The notes under the pieces: model-generated
Database searches by the model: none
Told to the model about the DNA's origin: nothing
Seen by the model: the letters and a program-made list of their open reading frames with translations, nothing else
From: Candidatus Zixiibacteriota bacterium
GTDB lineage: Bacteria; Zixibacteria; MSB-5A5; CAIYYT01
Length of the DNA stretch: 19,588 nt
Direction of reading: 5' to 3'
Assembly: GCA_040235515.1 (NCBI GenBank)
Contig: JBECKX010000166.1
Coordinates: 1-19,588, forward strand
In this document: positions 8,689 to 16,513 of the stretch, piece after piece
Position numbering within the stretch: position 1 is the first letter of the stretch
Layout of the letters: every line of letters begins with the position of its first letter
Made by a program: the position numbers and the translations under genes

Positions 8689-9341
8689 CACATCTTCTGC
8701 AACTGCTCGCGGACCTGTGCGGCGCGGGGGTCTTCATCGCCGACGATCTCGAGGAACTTAGTCCACCACTTCCTGGCTTCCTCGACTCGACCTGAAGTGT
8801 AGGCCACGACTCCCATATTGTAGTGCGCGACATCGTGATCAGGTTTCTGTTGCAGAGCACGCTTGAACTGGAACTCGGCCTCTTCCTCTTCGCCGATCGC
8901 ATGATAGCAGGCGCCCAAGTCAACCAGGATATCGGGGTGCAGCGAATCGATCGAGATGGCACGCTCGTAGTGAGCGATTGCCTGGCGATACATGCCCTGA
9001 TCCATATTGCTGTGCCCCGCAGAGACGATTTCGGCAAAGCTGGCGTTGCCTGACAAGGCAGAGGTTGCCTGCTGTTGCGGAGGTACTTCCGCGTTGGGCT
9101 GCATCGGTTTCGTGTTCTCCTGGGCGGAGCGGATCACGTTGTAGATGACCGCTGTCAGCACGATCACGCCGACAAGGATAGCCCACTCCCAGCGCTTGCG
9201 CTGCGCCGACTCCTTCTTGATTCGGCGTTCGGTGCGTGCCGGAGCGGTGAGCTTGCCGCCGCAGTTCGGGCAGAAGTTGTTTTGTTCGGTGTTTTCCTGC
9301 CCGCAGCGGGGACAGTGCTTCAGAATTTCTCTCTTATTCAT
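8688..9341 (-). CDS. Zinc-ribbon / single-TM / TPR protein
   Basis: CPRCG...CPNCG, a basic stretch, the TM segment WAILVGVIVLTAVIY, a Q/P-rich linker and about 3 TPRs. SD-like AGGA upstream. Confidence 0.85.
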   Translation of the reverse strand: MNKREILKHCPRCGQENTEQNNFCPNCGGKLTAPARTERRIKKESAQRKRWEWAILVGVIVLTAVIYNVIRSAQENTKPMQPNAEVPPQQQATSALSGNASFAEIVSAGHSNMDQGMYRQAIAHYERAISIDSLHPDILVDLGACYHAIGEEEEAEFQFKRALQQKPDHDVAHYNMGVVAYTSGRVEEARKWWTKFLEIVGDEDPRAAQVREQLQKM

Positions 9342-9349
9342 GATTTTCC

Positions 9350-11509
9350 TTAATCGCGATCGTCTCTTTCAGATTCTCCACCCAATGCTCTTTCTATCTT
9401 GAGTACGCCCGGTACCTTCTTGCGGACTGCCGTCATCACCTTATTCAGATGACTCAGGTTCTTGATTTCCACCACGAACCGTGCAGTCGCGGTCGCCTCC
9501 TTGTGCGATTCGAGCTCTGCACCACGCACCTCCGCATCGGTGTTGGCAATAATCTCCGTGATATCGTACAAAATATTCTTCCTATACTCAACCACAATCA
9601 TCAGCTTAACGAGGAATGCCTGGTCAGCACTGACATCCCATGATACCTCCACTTTGCGCTCAGGTTCCTGTCCGGCGATCACGGCATTGACACAATCGGC
9701 GCGATGGATCGACAGACCGCGACCGCGAGTGATGAATCCCACGATCTTTTCCCCCGGCACCGGTTGACAGCATTTGGCGAAGCGGAACATCATGTTGTCC
9801 ATGCCGGCCACGCGAATACCGCGTCCGCCGCGGGCCTTGTCGACAAATTTCTTGATAATCGATTCTTTTTTCTCGGTGGCTTCCGCCGGGAAAAGTTTCG
9901 ACATCACATTCGTGACGGTCAAATCGCCGCTGCCAAGTTTGGAAAACATCTGATCGGTACTCGTGAAGGAGAGCGCCATGGCGGCGTCGAGAAGCTGCTG
10001 GTCAGATGGTGACTGCAGGCTGCGTTTCCGCAGTGCCCGATCAAACACTTCCTTGCCGAGAGAGAGCGACTGTTCGAAGCCCTTCTGTTTAAGGTACTTC
10101 CTGATCTTGGCGCGGGCGGCGGAGGTCTTGCAGATCTTGAGCCAGTCGATGCTTGGCTCGGCGTGGGGGTTTGTCATCACCTCCACCTCGTCACCGGAAC
10201 GAAGCTTGCTCTTGAGCGGCACCAGCTTGCCGTTGACTTTGGTACCGATACAGCGCAGGCCGACATCGGTGTGCACGGCAAATGCGAAATCGAGTGCGGT
10301 GGCCCCAAGCTGCAGGTGTTTCAGTTCCCCGCCCGGTGTGAAGACGAATACCTCATCATGGAAGAGATCGATCTTCAGGTGTTCCATGAATTCCTCGGGA
10401 TTGGTCATATCCTTCTGCCAATCGAGGACCTCCCGCAGCCAGGAGAACTGCCGGTCTGATTCGTCGAGGACATGCTTCCCTTCCTTATAGAGCCAGTGCG
10501 CCGCGATTCCGAATTCGGCGACATAATGCATGGAGGGTGTGCGAATCTGGATTTCTATCATGCGGCCGCTCGGGCCGACGACAGTCGTATGGAGGGATTG
10601 ATACATATTCTGTTTCGGAGTGGCGATATAGTCGTGGAAACGATCCGCCACCGGCGTCCACTTGTTATGTATCACTCCAAGCGCGTGGTAACAGTCCTTC
10701 ACGGTCAGGGTAACGACGCGGATAGCGATAAGGTCGTAGATCTCTTCAAACGGCTTCTTGCGCTTCGCCATCTTGCGGTAAATCGAGTCGAAATGCTTGG
10801 CGCGTCCGGTAATCTCGACCTGGAGTTGCTCGGCTTCCAGGGCTTCGCGCAGTTGCTGTGCGATGTCATCAATATACGACTCGCGTTCAGCGCGGCTGAG
10901 ATCGATCCGCTCCACCAGGTACCGATAGACATCGGGCTTGATGAACTTGAGGGATAGGTCCTCCAGCTCCCACTTGATCTTGGCCATTCCGAAGCGATGC
11001 GCCAGCGGGGCGTAAATTTCGCGCGTTTCGGTGGCGATGCTGACCTGCTTCTCCTCCGGTAAGTGTTCAAGCGTGCGCATGTTGTGCAGGCGATCGGCGA
11101 GTTTAATGATAATCACCCGGATATCGTGCGACATCGAGATCAACATCTTGCGGAAGTATTCTGACTGTCCCTCCGCAGCGCTTTTCAGCTTGTAAGCGCC
11201 CAGCTTGGTGACGCCATCCACCAGTTCGGCGATTTCAGGGGTGAATTCTTTAGCCAGTTCCGGGATACTGACGTCACAATCCTCGACCACATCGTGCAGC
11301 AGTCCGGCGGCGATGGTGTCACCATCGAGGTGTTGCTCTGCCAGAATGAATGCGACATTGAGGCAATGCTCGACATAGGGCTCACCCGACTTGCGCTTCT
11401 GCCCTTTATGCGCCCAATTGGAGAACTCGAATGCTTTGCGGATCACCGGGATGTTCACGTTGGCATTCATCGCCTCGACGTGAATCACGAACTCCGCGAG
11501 ATTCATCAT
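9350..11509 (-). CDS. relA: Bifunctional (p)ppGpp synthetase/hydrolase Rel/SpoT (HD-SYNTH-TGS-ZFD-ACT)
   Basis: AHKGQKRKSGEPY, LHDVVED (intact HD), KLADRLHNMRTL, YQSLHT, EIQIRT, TGS (DFAFAVHTDVG), AKCCQPVPG and a C-terminal ACT domain. The start is uncertain: ATG 11506/11509, 11572 or 11635. Confidence 0.95.
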   Translation of the reverse strand: MMNLAEFVIHVEAMNANVNIPVIRKAFEFSNWAHKGQKRKSGEPYVEHCLNVAFILAEQHLDGDTIAAGLLHDVVEDCDVSIPELAKEFTPEIAELVDGVTKLGAYKLKSAAEGQSEYFRKMLISMSHDIRVIIIKLADRLHNMRTLEHLPEEKQVSIATETREIYAPLAHRFGMAKIKWELEDLSLKFIKPDVYRYLVERIDLSRAERESYIDDIAQQLREALEAEQLQVEITGRAKHFDSIYRKMAKRKKPFEEIYDLIAIRVVTLTVKDCYHALGVIHNKWTPVADRFHDYIATPKQNMYQSLHTTVVGPSGRMIEIQIRTPSMHYVAEFGIAAHWLYKEGKHVLDESDRQFSWLREVLDWQKDMTNPEEFMEHLKIDLFHDEVFVFTPGGELKHLQLGATALDFAFAVHTDVGLRCIGTKVNGKLVPLKSKLRSGDEVEVMTNPHAEPSIDWLKICKTSAARAKIRKYLKQKGFEQSLSLGKEVFDRALRKRSLQSPSDQQLLDAAMALSFTSTDQMFSKLGSGDLTVTNVMSKLFPAEATEKKESIIKKFVDKARGGRGIRVAGMDNMMFRFAKCCQPVPGEKIVGFITRGRGLSIHRADCVNAVIAGQEPERKVEVSWDVSADQAFLVKLMIVVEYRKNILYDITEIIANTDAEVRGAELESHKEATATARFVVEIKNLSHLNKVMTAVRKKVPGVLKIERALGGESERDDRD

Positions 11510-11577
11510 TCCCACCGGGAAGCGGAATTTTGTAAGGTTGTCAGACCTGCCTGGAAACACTGTCCTGTCCATACTGA

Positions 11578-11610
11578 ATAATATAGCTTTTCGGTCGCTC
11601 CTCAAGCTAT
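11578..11610 (-). promoter_or_regulatory. Candidate internal promoter for the rel operon with an overlapping 7-bp inverted repeat
   Basis: TTGAGG (11605-11600)-N16-TATTAT (11583-11578). Inverted repeat ATAGCTT (11583-11589)/AAGCTAT (11604-11610). Confidence 0.45.
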
Positions 11611-11662
11611 CTGTGAGGTTATCTGCGACCTGCATAAAGGGTGTCCTTATTGATATCGGCGC

Positions 11663-12664
11663 CTAAGCGTGAGCATATATATCAGATACGTAATCAGCTA
11701 CGGCTTCTACTTGAATCAGATTCATTGCCTTGAGGGGATCCTTCCCGGCAGACTCCGGGGGAGAGAAAATCTTACACTTCGCCCCGCGCGGTCCCCAACG
11801 CGCCTGCGAGAGTGAAGATTGCGGCGGATAGATGCCGACTGTTTCAGTTCCGACGGCTGCGGCGATATGTATCGGACCGGTGCTGCCGCTTATCAGCAGC
11901 GGAGCGAGACTGACCAACCCTTTGAGCTCCGGCAAGAGTGTTTCGCCCGCAAGGTTGATGATTCCAGCTTCTCCACCTGGAAACGCTGCCGAGATGATAT
12001 CCGCCTCCAGCGCGGAACCGGTAATGACAACGGTAATCCCTTCGGCGATGAGCGAATTGGTCAACTCCCGGTAGCGTTCGAGCGGCCAGTTCGGCGATGA
12101 TCCGTGCGAGCGGGGATGCACCACCAGCCACCTGTCCGAATCAGCAACTCCATGTTTGGTCAACAATTCCCGCGCGGAACGTATCTCTTCATCAGTCACC
12201 ACCAGCGAGGGTTCGTGACGCACGAGCCGGGGGAAGGCGGATTCCGCCAGCTCGTAGTTTAACTCGAGTTCATGTTTGCCACTGTCGCGGCGATGGAGGT
12301 TGACGCGTTCGTTAAACAGCAGGCTGTAGGCACGTCTCCCGGTACCGATCCGAGTCGGTATCTTTGCCTGCCAACCGGCGAATGCCAGGGAGAGGCGCGG
12401 ATAGAAATAGAGGATCGCATCGAACTGCAGTCGCTTCAGGTCGCGGGCGAAGGCGGCGGTCAACCCCATGTCGTTGAAGCCGCGGCCCGGGATCGCGACT
12501 ATCTCGTCGATATATGGCTCGGCCGCGAGCAGCGGTGCGGTGTAGCGCGACACCAACAGGGCGACGTGAAGTGCAGGATTCTGCTCCTTGATGGATCGCA
12601 CGACGGGGAGCGTCAGAATCAGATCCCCTACCGCATCGGTGCGACATAGTAGAATCCGTTTCAT
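11663..12664 (-). CDS. Glycosyltransferase family 9 (ADP-heptose:LPS heptosyltransferase-like)
   Basis: RTDAVGDLILTLP, HPRSHGSSPNWP, INLAGETLL and STGPIHIAAAVGT. ATGA overlap with the upstream GT2. Confidence 0.9.
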   Translation of the reverse strand: MKRILLCRTDAVGDLILTLPVVRSIKEQNPALHVALLVSRYTAPLLAAEPYIDEIVAIPGRGFNDMGLTAAFARDLKRLQFDAILYFYPRLSLAFAGWQAKIPTRIGTGRRAYSLLFNERVNLHRRDSGKHELELNYELAESAFPRLVRHEPSLVVTDEEIRSARELLTKHGVADSDRWLVVHPRSHGSSPNWPLERYRELTNSLIAEGITVVITGSALEADIISAAFPGGEAGIINLAGETLLPELKGLVSLAPLLISGSTGPIHIAAAVGTETVGIYPPQSSLSQARWGPRGAKCKIFSPPESAGKDPLKAMNLIQVEAVADYVSDIYAHA

Positions 12665-13404
12665 TGTCGTTGCAGCTCCCAGAGCTTGGCATACTTCACC
12701 AGCACATGTACAGAGGAAAGCAGTGCCAGCAACAATCCTTGCAGTCCATCACGAAAACCCTGTTTGAGAAAGTACATCTTGAAGAAGAGTGCAATCGGTT
12801 TGGAGAAGAGGTAGAAGACTCTGAATTTTTTCCCCTCTTTAAGCAGCATCACCGCCGAGAGGGTTGTGTAGTGGTTGAGCTTGTTGAGGTAGTGGCGCAG
12901 GTTCGGATCGGTGTAATGGAGCAGGTGGCCCGACAGCCGCCCGACGTTGCCATCGACCACGATCTTTTCGTGGACCTCTGCGGAAGTGAATCTGCCGGAG
13001 TCCCGCCTGAACAACCTGATGATACGGTCGGGATACCAGCCTGAATGCATCATCCAGCGGCCGAGGAACTGTGACTTTCTGACAATCTCGTAGGCGGTCG
13101 CTGCGTGGTCGCTGATAGCTTGCAGGATGCTTTCCCGCAACTCGCTGTCAACTTCCTCATCGGCGTCGATCGAAAACACCCAGTCCCCTGTTGCTTCAGC
13201 GAGTGCGGTCTGCTTGGCGACACCAAAGCCGGCGAACCTGCTCTGGATTACTTTGCAGCCATGCTCCGATGCTATCGCGAGTGTAGCATCGCTAGAGCCT
13301 GAGTCGTTCACGATGATCTCATCAGCAAACTTGACTGAATTGAGACAGCGCGGAAGATTTTCCTCCTCGTTGTTTGTGATGATAATAACGGAGAGGCGTG
13401 TCAT
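12661..13404 (-). CDS. Glycosyltransferase family 2, WaaE/KdtX/LgtF-like LPS core glucosyltransferase
   Basis: LSVIIITNNEE, DSGSSDAT, WVFSIDADE, GWYPD..RLF, VHE, LLHYT and GFRDG match the beta-1,4-glucosyltransferase subfamily. Confidence 0.9.
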   Translation of the reverse strand: MTRLSVIIITNNEEENLPRCLNSVKFADEIIVNDSGSSDATLAIASEHGCKVIQSRFAGFGVAKQTALAEATGDWVFSIDADEEVDSELRESILQAISDHAATAYEIVRKSQFLGRWMMHSGWYPDRIIRLFRRDSGRFTSAEVHEKIVVDGNVGRLSGHLLHYTDPNLRHYLNKLNHYTTLSAVMLLKEGKKFRVFYLFSKPIALFFKMYFLKQGFRDGLQGLLLALLSSVHVLVKYAKLWELQRQ

Positions 13405-13406
13405 GA

Positions 13407-14579
13407 TCAGGCCGTCACTCTTCTCGGCGTGAGTTTCAGCAAGTCACGCAGGAAGTTCTCGCTGCTATCGATTAGTTGTTCGACAGTGATCCCGTCCACA
13501 TGTTTGTGGTCGGGAGAACGAACTACCCACACGCGTGGTCCGTAGGGATACCAGCGGCTGAAGTTTACGTCGTTGCCGTTGTAGAGCGCCAGGAGTGGAA
13601 CATCCAGCTTGGCGGCGATGTGACAGATGGAAGTATCCACCGAAATCACTCCGTCGAAATGGGGTAGGAGTGCGATCACGTCAAGGATCGAGAGCCCCTG
13701 CGGGATCAGCCTGACATTGTCACCGGAGGCATCTTCAGCCCGCTTGACCATGCGGTACTCCATTTGCGCGTAAGAGAGCACGAACTGCGTATCCGGGTAC
13801 GCTTCCGATATCCGCCGGGTGAATTCGATGCACTTCTCCTCCGCCAGCATCCGATCCAGTTTCCCGGCTGAGAAATTGACGAAGATGTGGTGTTTGTAGG
13901 CAGCGCTGCGAATCTCCGCACCAAGCGCAGCCCCACGAGCTTCCTCCTGTGGGCTGAGGCGAATTTTGCCGTCGGTGATGCCATCGGACAACTGGATGCC
14001 GAATGGCATCAGGCTGGAGCGAAACACCTCACTGATGTGCAGGCCGGTGGCGTGGTTGATATCCTCCAGGGTGTAGTAATCATAGAAGCGATATGTGCCT
14101 TCCTTCCCTACTCCGATGCGGTATGCGCCGGGAGAAGTAGCGAGCGCGACGATCAGCGATGTAACCGAGGGACCGGTCATCAGGTCGACCACGACATCGT
14201 AGCGCTCGGCGGCAAGTTCCCGTATGGTTGCCCTGAGCCCCCTGGCTTTCTTATCGTAGACGTGCGTCCTGTAGACAGCGGGATCATGCTGTACGACGAC
14301 CCGGTTAGAGGTCGAGGAGAGCACTCCAATCTGAATCTGCGGATAGTGCGACTTGAGCGTATGAAACGTCGAGAGCGTCACCACCATGTCGCCGATCTTG
14401 TCATGACGCAGGAAGAGCACTTTGCGCACGCTCTTCGGGTCAAGTGGGCGCGAGTGCCGTCGACTACGCCGGTGGAAGATGAACAGGAATATCCAAATGA
14501 AGAGCCACTTAAACTGAATCTCAATTTCTTTCAGAAACCGAGCCAGTTTCGGCGCTCTTTTCTCCAGTTTTTGCTGCAT
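13407..14579 (-). CDS. Glycosyltransferase family 9 (heptosyltransferase-like) with an N-terminal hydrophobic extension
   Basis: RHDKIGDMVV, YDVVVDL, ISVDTSICHIAA and RWYPY. Start placed at ATG 14579, which overlaps the msbA-like 3' end by 59 nt. Confidence 0.85.
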   Translation of the reverse strand: MQQKLEKRAPKLARFLKEIEIQFKWLFIWIFLFIFHRRSRRHSRPLDPKSVRKVLFLRHDKIGDMVVTLSTFHTLKSHYPQIQIGVLSSTSNRVVVQHDPAVYRTHVYDKKARGLRATIRELAAERYDVVVDLMTGPSVTSLIVALATSPGAYRIGVGKEGTYRFYDYYTLEDINHATGLHISEVFRSSLMPFGIQLSDGITDGKIRLSPQEEARGAALGAEIRSAAYKHHIFVNFSAGKLDRMLAEEKCIEFTRRISEAYPDTQFVLSYAQMEYRMVKRAEDASGDNVRLIPQGLSILDVIALLPHFDGVISVDTSICHIAAKLDVPLLALYNGNDVNFSRWYPYGPRVWVVRSPDHKHVDGITVEQLIDSSENFLRDLLKLTPRRVTA

Positions 14580-16410
14580 TGCCCTGATTGAATTGAAGGT
14601 CGTAAAGTTTGCGATAGACGCCGCTCTGGCGCAGGAGTTCCTCGTGGCGACCACGTTCGACAATTTGACCATCCTTCATCACGAGGATCTGGTCGGCATG
14701 AAGGATCGTGGAGAGTCGGTGCGCGACAACGATTGCCGTGCGCCCCTCCATCAGATGGTCGATCGCCTCCTGGACCAGTTTTTCCGACTCGGTATCGAGT
14801 GCCGAGGTGGCTTCATCGAAAATCAAAATATCGGGATCTTTCATCAAGGCGCGTGCGATCGCAAGCCGCTGCCTTTGTCCGCCGGAAACCATCAAACCAC
14901 GATTGCCGATCTCGGTGTCATACTTCTTCGGCATCTCCATGATGAAGTCATAGGCGTTTGCCGCGCGCGCTGCCTGTTCAAGACGAGCTCGATCGTTCAC
15001 CCCGCTGGGATAAGCGATGTTGTTCGCCACAGTATCGTTAAAGAGAATCGTCTCCTGTGTGACGATGCCGAGCAATCCTTTGAGGGACGCAAAGGAGAGG
15101 TCGCGCAGGTCGATACCGTCGATCGTAATACTCCCCTGCTTCGGATCGTGAAAGCGGCAGAGCAGATCGATCAGAGTCGATTTGCCGCCGCCTGATGGCC
15201 CGACCAGTGCAACGATCTCGCCACATTTGACCGTGAAATTGACATTCCGCAACACCGGTTCACCCGGGTTGTATTCGAAGCTCACGCCGTCAAAAACGAT
15301 CTCTCGCTGGAACCGCGGGAGCGAACGTGGCGAAGGGCTTTCGGTGACATCCGGTTTGGTGTCCATCAACTTGAAGATTCTTTCCGCCGCCGCCAGGCCT
15401 TCATTGATCTTGATGTGGACCGTCGAGACACCTTTGGCCGGATTGATGATCGAAAACATCGCCAGCAGGAAAAGGAGGAAATCCTGATTGCTGATCATCT
15501 GATGTTGCGTTACCTGGAGTCCGCCCCAGTAGAGGATGACGACGAAGGCGACCACTCCGAGTATCTCGTTGATCGGGTTCGAGAGCAGCCTGCTGCGATT
15601 GATCTTGAGCATGGTACCGAAGTACTCGTTGGTGCGCTGTTTGAAGCGGGCAATCTCGAATGCCTCGGCGGCATACGCCCTGACGATGCGAATAGCGTTG
15701 ATCGTCTCCTCCAACGATGCCGAGACGGACGCGATCGCTTCCTGCGCGCGCGAACTGTAGCGGCGAATCACCTTGCCGAGGCGATAGATTCCAAGCAGGA
15801 TCAGAGGAAAAACGACCAGAGCGATCAGGGTGAGCTTCCAGCTGATCACCAGCATGATCGCGAGGAAAATGATGATCATCAGCGGGTCGCGGATCAGGTT
15901 GTTCATCGTGTTATTGAATGTCTCATGAATCTTGAATACGTCGGCGATCGCCGTTGAGATCAGATTCCCGGTGCGGCTGCGGTGGAAGTACTGGAGTGAA
16001 AGCGACTGCAGGTGGATGAAGATATCATCGCGAAGAGACCTGGTAATCCCCTGCTCCACGTAAGCCGCAAAGAAGCCTTGCAGGAAAAAGAAGAGATTCT
16101 TGGCGACCGTAACAATGACCAGCGCGATACAGAGATTCAGCAGGTCGGAGGCGAAGTCGCCGGAAAGAAGAACGGAATCCATCCAGGCGGCGATGTCGGC
16201 CTTGATCTGTTCGTAGAAGCCAAGCGACTGGGCGGCATCGGGAGTGACCACTGCTGCGACCGAGTCGGTACCGGAAAAGAGCGAGGTCAGCACGGTTGAG
16301 GCCAGATACATCAAGATCGCAGAAGTCACCGCAAAGAGCACGATGAACAGGAGCGAGAGCACCAGCGGTCGCCAATAAGGGATGAAGTATCTGAATATAC
16401 GTCTAACCAT
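14521..16410 (-). CDS. msbA: ABC transporter permease/ATPase fusion, MsbA-like lipid A-core flippase
   Basis: TM domain plus NBD with Walker A GPSGGGKST, signature VSGGQRQR, Walker B ILIFDEATSALD and H-loop AHRL. It is the first gene of an LPS-core glycosyltransferase cluster. The msbA symbol rests partly on context. Confidence 0.8.
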   Translation of the reverse strand: MVRRIFRYFIPYWRPLVLSLLFIVLFAVTSAILMYLASTVLTSLFSGTDSVAAVVTPDAAQSLGFYEQIKADIAAWMDSVLLSGDFASDLLNLCIALVIVTVAKNLFFFLQGFFAAYVEQGITRSLRDDIFIHLQSLSLQYFHRSRTGNLISTAIADVFKIHETFNNTMNNLIRDPLMIIIFLAIMLVISWKLTLIALVVFPLILLGIYRLGKVIRRYSSRAQEAIASVSASLEETINAIRIVRAYAAEAFEIARFKQRTNEYFGTMLKINRSRLLSNPINEILGVVAFVVILYWGGLQVTQHQMISNQDFLLFLLAMFSIINPAKGVSTVHIKINEGLAAAERIFKLMDTKPDVTESPSPRSLPRFQREIVFDGVSFEYNPGEPVLRNVNFTVKCGEIVALVGPSGGGKSTLIDLLCRFHDPKQGSITIDGIDLRDLSFASLKGLLGIVTQETILFNDTVANNIAYPSGVNDRARLEQAARAANAYDFIMEMPKKYDTEIGNRGLMVSGGQRQRLAIARALMKDPDILIFDEATSALDTESEKLVQEAIDHLMEGRTAIVVAHRLSTILHADQILVMKDGQIVERGRHEELLRQSGVYRKLYDLQFNQGNAAKTGEKSAETGSVSERN

Positions 16411-16438
16411 ACTATTTCGCTCTCTGAGGCGATTTACC

Positions 16439-16500
16439 TCAAGTAATTAAGCAAGTTAGGCTTGTGCCGAGGGATTGTCAAACTGAGTAATCAAGTAATT
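16439..16500. repeat. 10-bp direct repeat TCAAGTAATT x2 flanking the msbA promoter
   Basis: Identical copies at 16439-16448 and 16491-16500, plus an extra AGTAAT core at 16486-16491. Confidence 0.7.
16453..16481 (-). promoter_or_regulatory. Sigma70 promoter for the msbA-GT9-GT2-GT9 unit
   Basis: Consensus TTGACA (16481-16476)-N17-TAACTT (16458-16453) in an AT-rich intergenic gap. Confidence 0.75.
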
Positions 16501-16513
16501 GTGGGCCGGCTCG

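Noticed and set aside
11573..11635. Track start of rel at 11635 (and likewise the GT9 track start at 14672)
   Set aside because: The rel extension runs through the predicted promoter and the GT9 extension runs deep into the msbA-like NBD, so later starts are more plausible.
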